The notes under the pieces were generated by a model. The model was not told where the DNA came from. It saw nothing but the letters and a program-made list of their open reading frames with translations, and ran no database searches. Both the position numbers and the translations under genes were made by a program. A stretch of 64,000 bases of DNA from an uncultured Elusimicrobiaceae bacterium (GTDB lineage: Bacteria; Elusimicrobiota; Endomicrobiia; Endomicrobiales; Endomicrobiaceae). Below, in pieces: positions 54,826 through 64,000 of this stretch. The stretch covers positions 13,065 through 77,064 of the forward strand of contig CAZASN010000005.1 of assembly GCA_964487915.1 (NCBI GenBank). The letters are read 5' to 3'. Position 1 is the first letter of the stretch. Each line of letters begins with the position of its first letter.

Positions 54826-57800
54826 TCAGAATTGTATCGTCAGTCTGCTTCCGAATTCAATTAACGTATAATTTTCGTCAGGCACATAAGTGTATACGTA
54901 TCTTGATATGCCTGCAATCAAAGCGCATCTGAAATTACCGGAAATTTCATAATCGGCATTTACTTTGAACCCGTAATTTTGCAGATTATTGCTCTGTATG
55001 TTAACTCCCGAACTCTGCGTTTTATAAAATACGTTTGAATCAAAAATAAGCCTATTTTTTAGAGGTATTGTGCCGAATAACGGCAGTTTTATTCCGGCCG
55101 GAAACATCATGTCGGAATTAACCTGTCCGACAATTGAATTCGTAAATATCTGGGTTGAAAGTTTGCCTGTTGAATTTCTTGCCCATTCCTGAGAGTTTTC
55201 ATATTTTAAGCTCATTCTCCACTGTTTTACGTTTATTCCGCTTTGCAGCAGCCATGAAAAAATCTGCCCTTCGCTTATAGGCACATTTTTTGCGATATCG
55301 GTTTCGTTTGAATTTGTGTTTGACGCTCCGAAAAGCAGATCAAGTTTTTTTAATAATTTAAATCTGTAATCTCCTCCGAAAGTAGTGCTTTCCGCAAAAG
55401 AAATGAATTTTTCAATTACGGTTTTTTTATTGTGTCTGAGATTTAACTGCGTGTCGCTCATCCAGCTTATGTCAAAGAGATTTTCAAATTTGCTCATGCC
55501 TATAAGAAGATCCGGCCATATTCTCGTATATGAATCTTTATATGTTCCCGTTATGTATGATTCTTCCTGACCTTCGGTAAAAGTAAAATTTAAAGACATC
55601 GTTTTTACAGGCATAAGCGTTTTAGACAGATTTAATGTTTCAAAAGGGCTGTATCTTCCGATTATTCTTCTGTCGTCTCTTTGCACTACCGATTTGACGA
55701 TATAAGAAGATGTTGATGAAATTATATCTTTAAGCATATTGTTTCTTATCCATAACTTATCCATGCCTATTGAAGAAAAGTCTTTTTCCATGTTTGAATA
55801 TGCGTCGGAGTCCTGCATTCTGTAAGATGTCGTGAAAGATAAAGATTTTAAGCAGGACGCGTTTACTATGTCTATAACCTGAAGATTCCAAGTAAGTTCG
55901 GTTGTTCCCAGTCTTTCAATATATTTTGTCTGTCCGGGATAAATTATATTTGTTGTTTGAGTGCTGTAAGTCAGGTCATAAGTTTCTTTTGTGTTTATAT
56001 GATAAATAACGCTGGGCTGGAACCATTTTGCAACCTGAAAATTTAAACTGGCTCCAACGTCCTGGTTTAAAGATTTGTCATAATATATTTCATGGTCAAA
56101 GTATTCTTTATTTTTTTCGTTTACTTTGCTCAAAATATAAGTCGGTGAAAAAGTAACGCTGTCAAAAAATTTAAAAGGCGTTTTTAAACCCCATGTTTCT
56201 GTTTTTTCAAGCGTCAGGAAATCTTTGATGTCCAAATATTTTTTTGCAGTATCAAGATCCAAAAATGAATTTGAATCTGTAATCGGGGTATCCGGATATT
56301 TTTTAAAAGCGGAATTTACCAGTCTGTAATCGCCGGTTAAATTTGTAGGAAGAAGTTCAAATTCTATTGGATTTGTATACGTTAAATTTGCATAAACGCT
56401 TTCGGCGTCCTCAAGCCGTTCTATTTCCTGAGTGTCTTTTAAGGCTCTTGCATATTGAAGAGTAACGCGCGGCGTATCTTGCCCGGCATACAGAACCGTT
56501 TCGGCCTTGCTGTTGTAAGATATAACAGTTCCTTCGTCCAATATGGATACTTTATCGGATTCGTTCTGAATGGCAAGAGGCGTTATTGTTTTTAATTTTG
56601 ATATGGAAGCATTCAGCGGAAGAACGTCAATTCCGTTTACCGACAAACCTTTAAATCCGAGAGATGCCGTATCTTCAAGATAATCACGGTTATATGTTCC
56701 CGGCGCAAACGTCTGAAAATTTTTATCTATGCTTTTTCTGCTTAAAGCCAGACTTACGGGCCCGACAAAGTCGGTTCCGTTCCATCTCAGATTCGTATTT
56801 ACTTTCCATGCGTTTCCGTCTTTGCTTTTTGCTCCCGTGACGTGAATTTCGTTTATCCATACTTCTCCGCTGTCTGCCTGGTTTGTTTTTACGCCGGTTT
56901 GCAGATAAGCTATTTTTTCAAGAGAAGGATTTCCCACGATAGTTACGGTGCCGCTGTCGGTGCTTATCCATTTTGACGCTACCGAGCTGTATTCCTGCCT
57001 TATTGTAATAAGAGTCCATTTTCCTTTCAGATTATCGGTCATAGGTATGGAATATTGCAGATAGTTATTTTCATCGGCTCCTGCTCTCATTATTATTTCG
57101 CTTGCCGTAGAAGCGGTTGTAGAAGCTACATATATAAAAAATCTGAAGTTATCATAAATTGAAATATCTATGCCGTTTCCGTAATATGTAGTTTTTGCAT
57201 AGAATTGGTCATCCGAAGAATTTGAATCGTATACTAATCTTAAAGACTGTTCGTCAACAACCACGTTTCCGCTTAATTCGTACAAATCTCTGTAATCCTG
57301 ATTGCTTAATAATGATATGTAATTCGGATCGTCGCGGCCGATGGAAGATGTTTCAAAATCGCTTAAAGAATTGCTTTTGCTTGCAGTCCATTTATTTCCT
57401 ATGATTGAGACTTTTCCTATTGTGATTGTCCCTTCTGCTCCGCTTGTATTGTTTAAAGTCAGTCTGGCGACTTTTATGCTTCTCCACTTATCCTGATCCG
57501 CTTCGGTTTCAATATTTAGCGGTATTTGCACTTTTTTCCAGCCTGTCCAGTTTACGTTTACCGCGAAACTGCTGACGTTAAGCTCATATCTGTCCAGAAT
57601 ATTATTGCCGTTTAAGTCTTCCGTATCTATTTTGCCGTTGTGCGGACCTATTTTTGAAACGCCCAGATATGTGTCGTAATTGTAAAAATCTCTTCCGATA
57701 TCTTCCCAAGAAGTCAGCAGTCCGTCGCCGTCTTTATCTTCTGTATGAGGGGAAGTTTTTACGGAACCGTCTTCAAGAACCTGTCCGTACATTCCGTCGG

Positions 57801-60177
57801 AGTCTTCATTTATGGATGTTGCGTAATCAAGTTGCAGAGTAGTATTTTTGCCGTCGCCTTTTATCCACATTTCAATATAAAGTTTGCTTGAAAAATCGTT
57901 TCCCGCGGCATTTACAATCTGTACTATTGACGCCGTCGGCCGGCTCAGAAGATTATAATTTATTTCCATAACCTGCTGTTTTTCTCCGGAAATTATTTCC
58001 AAATTCGGATCTATTTCTCTTTTTTCAACGTCGTATGTTTTCCACGAAAGAGAATTGGTGTTGTAACGGCTGCCGTCGGGAGTTGAAGAATAAAACCATG
58101 TGTCGTATACCATTGACAGGCTGCTTTCCTGTTTTGCGCCTTCCATTGATTCAATAATGGCTTTTCCGGTAGTGTTAGACTGGAATTTGCTTAAAGCGTA
58201 TTCGGCTCCTGCCGATAATGAAAGAGAATCAGAAAGCCGGATATTGTTTATTTTTGTATCAACTTCACCGACTAGCGAACTTGACGGCGTATTATATAAA
58301 TCCGGCAGGACAGTATCTTTTGCGGAAAATTCATATATAAAACTGCCTCCGACAGACAGTCTGCTGTCAAAATCATACTGGCTTCTGAAACCGACAAGAG
58401 TAGACCCGCTTGAACTTGATCCGAAGGGGGAATAATCGTAGGAAACGTCAATTACGGAATTTTCATTTATCAGGCTTTCTTTTAGAATAGTAAGAATTCC
58501 CAGATCATAATCTATGAAATAATCTTCGTTTATTTTTAAAGTGACGCCGTCCAAAATAACTTTTTCAGACATTGGCACTATGCCGGATCTGAGAGTAAAT
58601 ATCTTTACTTTGTATCTGTATTCAGTTATAAAATTATATAAATGCGTGCCGGATGTGTACAAACTGTCGTGCAGAGGAAGAGTATTGTCCGGATTTTTAG
58701 GCTCTACTGGAGAAAGATTGAATATTCCGTTTTCAAAATCTACGATAATATTGCTCGTACCGTTTGGAATATTCGGATACTGAGGAACAGGCTTGTTGCC
58801 CGGATTTATTATTGAAGGAATATTATTGTTTAAATCTTTTATCTGGAGAATAAAATTGCCTCTTCCGTCATCTCTTGTTATCTGGTAGTTGCCCAGACTG
58901 TAATAAGTCAGCAGTTCTGTCGTCATCATATCCGTGCTTCTGGTATTGTTTGTGTCTTTTATAAGCTGCGGATTTCCGCCTGTCGTATCGGATAACCATG
59001 TTCCGTCTGAAAATTGATAATCAACGGCGACTATATATTGAGCGGATAACGTGTTTTTAAACATCAAAACGCCGGTATTGTAATCAAGAGTATAATCCTG
59101 TCCGGCCGTTAATTTAACAAAATTACCTCTGTATTCAAATGAAGATGTCGGATTTCTCATTGATTTAAGCACTGTATTTGTTGATATTACGATGTAATCC
59201 GACGCCTGCACTTTTGTTTTGTCAAGATAAACTTTTAAAGTGCCTTGTCTTATAGCTTTAGGGTTATTCGGATCCTGTACGACCGAATAGTATTTGTAAC
59301 GGATGTATGAGGTATCGGCTATAGTAAGTTTTTCAAGTTTTGTGTTGCCTTTAAACTGTTTGCTTTCGGAGTATCCTTTTGTTTTTGAGAAAAAAGCTTT
59401 GGTTGAAAGCCCTTTATATTTTGTATCAAGTTTAACGCCGAACAATTCTTTTGAATATCCGGTAAATTCCGTGCTTGGCAATGCTACGGTTATGTCTCCG
59501 AATGCCGCCTCCTGTACGAATTCATCGGGATATCCTTTGTAAACTATTGAAATATCTTTTTTGTCCGTATATGTGTCGTCATAGTCAATATTAAGAGTCA
59601 GGCGGTCGCTGACCGTTCCTTTAATTTTCATCTGCAATTCCTGATCCATTGAAAATGACGATAAATTTGATCTTTTGCCGGCTTCCGGTTTATCGTATAT
59701 TGTGGAATTATAAGTAATTCCTATGACTTTTCTTCCGGTTAAAAGCAGTTTTGACTCCAACGGTAAAGTCGTATAATATTCCGAAGAAAGTATTGAAGGT
59801 TTATCTTTAACGGTTGTTGTGCTTGCCGATATTTTTTCAATGGCTTTGCTTCCTGAAACAGCGGCAGCCGTTGTTGTTGGGACATTAACGTTATATACGG
59901 CTGTTTGGGTTGATTTTTCAATGATTGCTCCTGACTGGTAATAAGTTCCGACCGTATCCATAGCGGAGTCATTTACCGATATCGGTATTGATTTTTTATC
60001 CGGGTTTGTGGTATCGGGATTTTCAATAATATCGGCGTCATTCATATTTGTTACCGATACGGTTTCGGTTGAAATACTGACGGTATCGGATGATATTGCA
60101 ATATCATCCGCGCGCAGCATATAGAGCGGATATAAAAACAATAACGATAATAACAAATATAATTTTTTCATCGGCAA
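54826..60177 (-). CDS. giant outer-membrane beta-barrel protein, SprA/Sov-like (type IX secretion translocon family), compact form
   Basis: 1783 aa. Signal peptide and C-terminal ..RLTIQF. Blocks QELQMKIKGTVSDRLTLNIDYDD, FGDITVALPS..KELFGVKLDTKY, YIEMWIKGDG, RAGADENNYLQYSIPM and GEVWINEIHVTG resemble remembered SprA conserved blocks. Not HMM-verified. Confidence 0.55.
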   Translation of the reverse strand: MPMKKLYLLLSLLFLYPLYMLRADDIAISSDTVSISTETVSVTNMNDADIIENPDTTNPDKKSIPISVNDSAMDTVGTYYQSGAIIEKSTQTAVYNVNVPTTTAAAVSGSKAIEKISASTTTVKDKPSILSSEYYTTLPLESKLLLTGRKVIGITYNSTIYDKPEAGKRSNLSSFSMDQELQMKIKGTVSDRLTLNIDYDDTYTDKKDISIVYKGYPDEFVQEAAFGDITVALPSTEFTGYSKELFGVKLDTKYKGLSTKAFFSKTKGYSESKQFKGNTKLEKLTIADTSYIRYKYYSVVQDPNNPKAIRQGTLKVYLDKTKVQASDYIVISTNTVLKSMRNPTSSFEYRGNFVKLTAGQDYTLDYNTGVLMFKNTLSAQYIVAVDYQFSDGTWLSDTTGGNPQLIKDTNNTRSTDMMTTELLTYYSLGNYQITRDDGRGNFILQIKDLNNNIPSIINPGNKPVPQYPNIPNGTSNIIVDFENGIFNLSPVEPKNPDNTLPLHDSLYTSGTHLYNFITEYRYKVKIFTLRSGIVPMSEKVILDGVTLKINEDYFIDYDLGILTILKESLINENSVIDVSYDYSPFGSSSSGSTLVGFRSQYDFDSRLSVGGSFIYEFSAKDTVLPDLYNTPSSSLVGEVDTKINNIRLSDSLSLSAGAEYALSKFQSNTTGKAIIESMEGAKQESSLSMVYDTWFYSSTPDGSRYNTNSLSWKTYDVEKREIDPNLEIISGEKQQVMEINYNLLSRPTASIVQIVNAAGNDFSSKLYIEMWIKGDGKNTTLQLDYATSINEDSDGMYGQVLEDGSVKTSPHTEDKDGDGLLTSWEDIGRDFYNYDTYLGVSKIGPHNGKIDTEDLNGNNILDRYELNVSSFAVNVNWTGWKKVQIPLNIETEADQDKWRSIKVARLTLNNTSGAEGTITIGKVSIIGNKWTASKSNSLSDFETSSIGRDDPNYISLLSNQDYRDLYELSGNVVVDEQSLRLVYDSNSSDDQFYAKTTYYGNGIDISIYDNFRFFIYVASTTASTASEIIMRAGADENNYLQYSIPMTDNLKGKWTLITIRQEYSSVASKWISTDSGTVTIVGNPSLEKIAYLQTGVKTNQADSGEVWINEIHVTGAKSKDGNAWKVNTNLRWNGTDFVGPVSLALSRKSIDKNFQTFAPGTYNRDYLEDTASLGFKGLSVNGIDVLPLNASISKLKTITPLAIQNESDKVSILDEGTVISYNSKAETVLYAGQDTPRVTLQYARALKDTQEIERLEDAESVYANLTYTNPIEFELLPTNLTGDYRLVNSAFKKYPDTPITDSNSFLDLDTAKKYLDIKDFLTLEKTETWGLKTPFKFFDSVTFSPTYILSKVNEKNKEYFDHEIYYDKSLNQDVGASLNFQVAKWFQPSVIYHINTKETYDLTYSTQTTNIIYPGQTKYIERLGTTELTWNLQVIDIVNASCLKSLSFTTSYRMQDSDAYSNMEKDFSSIGMDKLWIRNNMLKDIISSTSSYIVKSVVQRDDRRIIGRYSPFETLNLSKTLMPVKTMSLNFTFTEGQEESYITGTYKDSYTRIWPDLLIGMSKFENLFDISWMSDTQLNLRHNKKTVIEKFISFAESTTFGGDYRFKLLKKLDLLFGASNTNSNETDIAKNVPISEGQIFSWLLQSGINVKQWRMSLKYENSQEWARNSTGKLSTQIFTNSIVGQVNSDMMFPAGIKLPLFGTIPLKNRLIFDSNVFYKTQSSGVNIQSNNLQNYGFKVNADYEISGNFRCALIAGISRYVYTYVPDENYTLIEFGSRLTIQF

Positions 60178-60183
60178 ATATTT

Positions 60184-61788
60184 TTAATCTTTTAGGTATG
60201 AGGCGTATTTTATATTTTTTTTGTCAACATACCATTGGCGAAAATTCCAGCCTATCCCAGCAGGCGCAAGTTCAACGCCTTTAAATCTTTTGTGAACGGC
60301 AACCATATTATCCGGATAATATAAAAATATGCAGGGAGGATCTTCACGCATAATATCCTGAATTTTATGATACATTTTTATTCTTTCGTTTTTGTTAAAA
60401 GAGCCTCTGGCTTTGATTAACAGTTTGTCAACTTCATTGTTTTTATAAGACATAAAATTATATTGCCCTTTTTGAGTTTGTTCGGAATGCCAAAGCGAAT
60501 ATTGGTCAGGGTCTACGGCTGTACTCCAGCCGAGTATCAGCGCGTCAAAATTTTTTTCGTTTACGTATTGATTTATAAACGTACTCCATTCCAAAATGCG
60601 TATGTTGATTTTTAAACCTATTTGTTTAAGCTGTTCCTGAATTATCTGGGCGGATAATTCTCTGGCTTTGTTTCCCTGATGCGTTATAACCGTTATTTCA
60701 AACGGCGTGTTATTGTAATATAAGTATCCGTCTTTACCGGAAGAAAAACCTATTTCTTTCAAAAGAGCCAGCGCTTTGCCGGGATTATATTCGTAAGACT
60801 CTATTTTTTTATATGCCCAGGAATTCGGCGGGAATATTCCGGTCGCTTCTTTTGCCATTCCCGAAAATATTCCTTCAATAATATCTTTTTTGTTTAAGGC
60901 GTAATTAATTGCCTGCCTGAATTTTATATTTTTAAAAGGTTCTTTTTGAAGATTAAATCCCAGAAACGTAAAACTGAACGACGGATATCTATACTTGTCA
61001 TAGTGCTTAAAAAATACGTTATAGGCGTTCCACTGGTCTGTCGTAAGCGATATTTGGTCAATGCTTTCATTTCTTAGTTCCAGAAACTGTACTGCTTGGT
61101 CCGGAATTATTCTGAACAGACATGCCGCTATTTTGGGTTTTCCTTCAAAATAATCGGGATTTGCCTTTAATTCTATTTTTTGGTCTGTTTTCCATTGTTT
61201 AAAAATATAAGGTCCGGTTCCGACGGGCTGTCTGTTATATTTTGACGTATTGATATCTTCGTTTTTAAACAAATGTTCCGGAATTATTCCTATACCCCAG
61301 CTTTCAAGTATCGGGGCAAAAGGTTTATCGTAAGAGACGGAAAAAGAGTAATCGTCAAGAATATTGAATTTTTTGACCAAAAGATAATCTGACGAAAAAG
61401 GCGTTCTGGTTTGAGGATCAATTAATTTTTTATAAGTAAATTCAACGTCTTTTGACGTAAAAGGAACTCCGTCGTGCCATTTTATGTTTTTTTTGATTTT
61501 AAATAAAACCGTAAGTCCGTTGTCCGTTATTTTAAAACTTTCCGCCAAATCGCACACAAGATTTAAATCTTTATCATATTTTAAAAGACCGTTAAATATA
61601 AAAGCGTTGATTTCGGCGGAAGAAGTATCGGCCGCAAGCAGAGGATTCAAATAGGAAGCGTCTCCGTTTAAACTTGTGACAAACATATCGCCGTTATTTT
61701 GATTAAGAGAAGTTTTTGAACCCGAACAAGAAAAAATAAAAAGCAAAATAAATATGAATATTGCGTTTTTATTCAGGTTAAAATTCAC
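60184..61788 (-). CDS. family-5 (Opp/Dpp/Nik-type) ABC substrate-binding lipoprotein, no cognate permease genes adjacent
   Basis: 534 aa. Lipobox-like LFIFSCSG. Collinear with peptide/nickel substrate-binding proteins (LNPLLA.D..S, WHDG.PFTS.DV.FT, VGTGPY.F..W). Confidence 0.8.
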   Translation of the reverse strand: MNFNLNKNAIFIFILLFIFSCSGSKTSLNQNNGDMFVTSLNGDASYLNPLLAADTSSAEINAFIFNGLLKYDKDLNLVCDLAESFKITDNGLTVLFKIKKNIKWHDGVPFTSKDVEFTYKKLIDPQTRTPFSSDYLLVKKFNILDDYSFSVSYDKPFAPILESWGIGIIPEHLFKNEDINTSKYNRQPVGTGPYIFKQWKTDQKIELKANPDYFEGKPKIAACLFRIIPDQAVQFLELRNESIDQISLTTDQWNAYNVFFKHYDKYRYPSFSFTFLGFNLQKEPFKNIKFRQAINYALNKKDIIEGIFSGMAKEATGIFPPNSWAYKKIESYEYNPGKALALLKEIGFSSGKDGYLYYNNTPFEITVITHQGNKARELSAQIIQEQLKQIGLKINIRILEWSTFINQYVNEKNFDALILGWSTAVDPDQYSLWHSEQTQKGQYNFMSYKNNEVDKLLIKARGSFNKNERIKMYHKIQDIMREDPPCIFLYYPDNMVAVHKRFKGVELAPAGIGWNFRQWYVDKKNIKYASYLKD

Positions 61789-63068
61789 TTTCTGTTCCCG
61801 TCATAATCATAGCCTTGAGATTGGATAAATTTTTTATTTTTTTGAGTCATTTGATTAGGATAAATATTTGCGACTTTTTGCGCCGTCTGAATGAGAGATC
61901 CGGCGTTGCCGTCTATATGATTTCTTGCGATACTCAGCATTTCTGCGGCTTCGTCAACTTTATTGCAGGCTTTCGTAAAATTAATTAAAAAATTATTGAA
62001 TTCGACAACAAGTTTATTCGCGTTTTCTTTAATGCTTTCAATTTCATCAGACTGTATTTTAAGATCCCATAATTTTACTATCATATTGATCGTATTTATA
62101 AGCGAGGTTGCAGAGACCAAAGCGACTTTTTTCTTCCATGCGGTTACCGTTAAATCCGGTTCTTCCTGGCATGCGGCTGTAAGCGCGCTTTCGGGATTTA
62201 CAAACATCAGAGTAAAGTCAGGTTCTACAAGTTCGCTTGTTTCCTGCAATTTTTCGGGATATTTTTTTCCGCTTAGATCGTCTATGATTTCTTTAATTTG
62301 TTTAATATGTTTTTTAAGATATTCCTGTTTTTCTTTATAGTCGGATTTATTTATATAATTTTGGTAATCAATAAATATTGTTTTCGCGTCAATTACTATG
62401 GTGTTGCCGGAAGGGAGTTTTATCATTATATCAGTTCGTTTATTGTCTTTCTGCTGCGTTTGTATAAAAAGATTTTTGCCGATAATAAGCCCGGAATTTT
62501 TCAGTATTTCAATTAGAGTTTCTTCACCCCAGAATCCGCGAACTACCGATTCGCCTTTTATAGCGTTTGCAAGCTGCGCCGCTCCGGCGCTTACGTCGTT
62601 TGTTCTTGCCACGAGATTTTCAAGTTTTTCTTTTAAGATGCCTTCTCTGACGGTATCCTGTTTTACGAATTCCGACACCTGTTTTTGAAAATCCTCAATA
62701 TTTGAACGCACGGGTTTTAAAATATTTGTCAGCGATTCTTCATTTGCGGATTTTATTTTCTCCCGGGTTTCTTCAAAAATTTTATTGGTTAAATTTTCAA
62801 AATTAATTTTATTTTGTTCATGGATTTTTTCAAGATCTGTTTTATATTTTTCAAGATGCTCTTTTTCAACCGTAATCTGTTTGTTAATCAGTTCAAATTC
62901 TTTATTTTGAGATGAAAGTTCTTCAATTTTTGCGTTAAGAGCTTTTATTGATTCTTCTTTCTTTGTCAGTTCATTTTTTATAAATGAAATATCGTTTCTC
63001 TTGGAAGCAATAAGAAACCCGACGGTTACTCCGAGCAGCGCAAAAATTGCCGTAAGTATAAATTCCAT
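61785..63068 (-). CDS. rmuC: DNA recombination protein RmuC
   Basis: N-terminal TM, long coiled coil, and C-terminal nuclease-like region (WGEETLIEILKNSGL, TDIMIKLP..IVIDAKT) typical of RmuC. Confidence 0.85.
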   Translation of the reverse strand: MEFILTAIFALLGVTVGFLIASKRNDISFIKNELTKKEESIKALNAKIEELSSQNKEFELINKQITVEKEHLEKYKTDLEKIHEQNKINFENLTNKIFEETREKIKSANEESLTNILKPVRSNIEDFQKQVSEFVKQDTVREGILKEKLENLVARTNDVSAGAAQLANAIKGESVVRGFWGEETLIEILKNSGLIIGKNLFIQTQQKDNKRTDIMIKLPSGNTIVIDAKTIFIDYQNYINKSDYKEKQEYLKKHIKQIKEIIDDLSGKKYPEKLQETSELVEPDFTLMFVNPESALTAACQEEPDLTVTAWKKKVALVSATSLINTINMIVKLWDLKIQSDEIESIKENANKLVVEFNNFLINFTKACNKVDEAAEMLSIARNHIDGNAGSLIQTAQKVANIYPNQMTQKNKKFIQSQGYDYDGNRK

Positions 63069-63070
63069 AA

Positions 63071-63415
63071 TTAATCCAGATTTTTCCAGTATTTTTTGCC
63101 GCGTTTCAGCAGATCGGCGCTTGCTCCGTCGTTTGAAAGATGAGGTTTGTATTCGTTGCCCATTTCATTCATTACTTTTTTATAATTTTTGTTTGAATAA
63201 ATGGACTCGTTGTAATCTTTTATAAGCGGAAGGTTATTAAACCAGACTTTAAAAGAGTTCCATTCCGCTTTTACGGCGGCTATTGTCGCGGCAACGCGTT
63301 CATTTTTCATAAAATTATCGTACATATCTCTTACTTTTTTAAAACTAGTGTCTTCTGCATACAGCGATGAAGAAAAAAAACATAAAGTTACAACAAGCAA
63401 TAAAATTTTTTTCAT
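63071..63415 (-). CDS. small secreted protein, unknown function
   Basis: 114 aa. Signal peptide MKKILLLVVTLCFFSSSLYA/ED. No recognisable family. Confidence 0.5.
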   Translation of the reverse strand: MKKILLLVVTLCFFSSSLYAEDTSFKKVRDMYDNFMKNERVAATIAAVKAEWNSFKVWFNNLPLIKDYNESIYSNKNYKKVMNEMGNEYKPHLSNDGASADLLKRGKKYWKNLD

Positions 63416-63428
63416 ACAGTATGTCTCC

Positions 63429-64000
63429 TTAAATTTTCAGCTTTTCTACTTCATTTTTAAAGCCCGCATCTATATTAAAGCCTTTTTTAACCGATTTTTC
63501 CATATCTGCTTTGGCATTTGCGTAATTGCCGAGCATCAAATGCGCGGCCGAACGTTTAAAATAATATTCTCCGTTCTCTTCAGTAAGCAGTATCGCCATT
63601 GTATAATATGCCAGAGCGCGTTGATATTTATGTTTTAGCGCATAAATATTGCCCAAAAAGAAATAACCCTGGTGATTGTTCGGATGATCCGCTATTGTCG
63701 CGATAAAAACCTGTTCGGCGTTTTTTAAATCATCTTTTTTAAAATATTCCGAACCTAGATAATTTAGTATGTTCATTGAGTTTTCTATACCGAGATTTTC
63801 AATGCCTTTAAAAGCTGTATTTTCAAAATCTTCAAAATCTTTTAATTTTTCATAGCAAACCATGTTAAACAGATAATATTGTTCATTATAAGGATTAAGA
63901 GCAATTGCTTTTTGCAAATATTCTATAACAGTATGAATATCCGCGTTGTCTCTTGAAAAATAAAAAGATGCGAGAGTGCTGTTGATTAAATCGGCGTTAT
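63429..64000 (-). CDS. TPR-repeat protein, 5' end outside the window
   Basis: The minus-strand frame stays open from 63917 to the window end (no stop). TPR-like repeats (A..Y...A......G.Y..A). The ORF-track start at 63917 is only a TTG. Confidence 0.6.
   Translation of the reverse strand, partial: NADLINSTLASFYFSRDNADIHTVIEYLQKAIALNPYNEQYYLFNMVCYEKLKDFEDFENTAFKGIENLGIENSMNILNYLGSEYFKKDDLKNAEQVFIATIADHPNNHQGYFFLGNIYALKHKYQRALAYYTMAILLTEENGEYYFKRSAAHLMLGNYANAKADMEKSVKKGFNIDAGFKNEVEKLKI

Overview
AT-rich (by eye, not computed), very gene-dense chromosomal segment from a diderm, apparently anaerobic bacterium. I cannot assign the lineage from sequence alone. About 65 protein genes, 5 tRNAs and 2 cobalamin riboswitches are supportable. 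I saw no transposase, integrase, CRISPR array, rRNA or prophage. Ordered content: an AbiGi-like ORF at the left edge; transporters (CPA antiporter, Bcr/CflA MFS, DedA); two diverged membrane-anchored SGNH-like paralogs flanking a block that holds a TIGR03546/TIGR03545-like pair, lrgAB, an orphan ABC ATPase and a CX5R phosphatase; lysine 2,3-aminomutase plus a putative beta-lysine acetyltransferase (ablAB-like); a Ni superoxide dismutase with a Sec-type signal peptide; secG followed by tRNA-Leu(GAG), tRNA-Gly and tRNA-Ala; a B12 salvage/uptake locus (tRNA(CAU), riboswitch, cobO, btuFCD-like, riboswitch, btuB-like); ygiQ; lexA with two coupled small membrane ORFs; an orphan RND pump; tatAC followed by a Tat-signal DUF362 protein and a NapH-like polyferredoxin; an LPS core cluster (hldD, hldA, kdsB, kdsA, kdsC, lptC, lptA, lptB); miaA; a four-subunit 2-oxoacid:ferredoxin oxidoreductase; tandem ldh-family paralogs; yjbQ; birA with its operator; mnmG; a SemiSWEET; a peptidase cluster (M16, M16, Ste24-like M48, M42); and a tightly packed minus-strand array ending in a 1783-aa SprA-like giant outer-membrane protein and comF. 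The most interesting candidates are the compact SprA/Sov-like barrel with no type IX secretion (T9SS) genes nearby, the ldh tandem pair that differs at the Gln/Arg102 specificity switch, the exported NiSOD, the tatAC/DUF362/polyferredoxin module, the lexA-coupled small membrane proteins, and the uncharacterised envelope gene pairs near 4-12 kb. All family assignments come from motif recognition and memory, not from searches.
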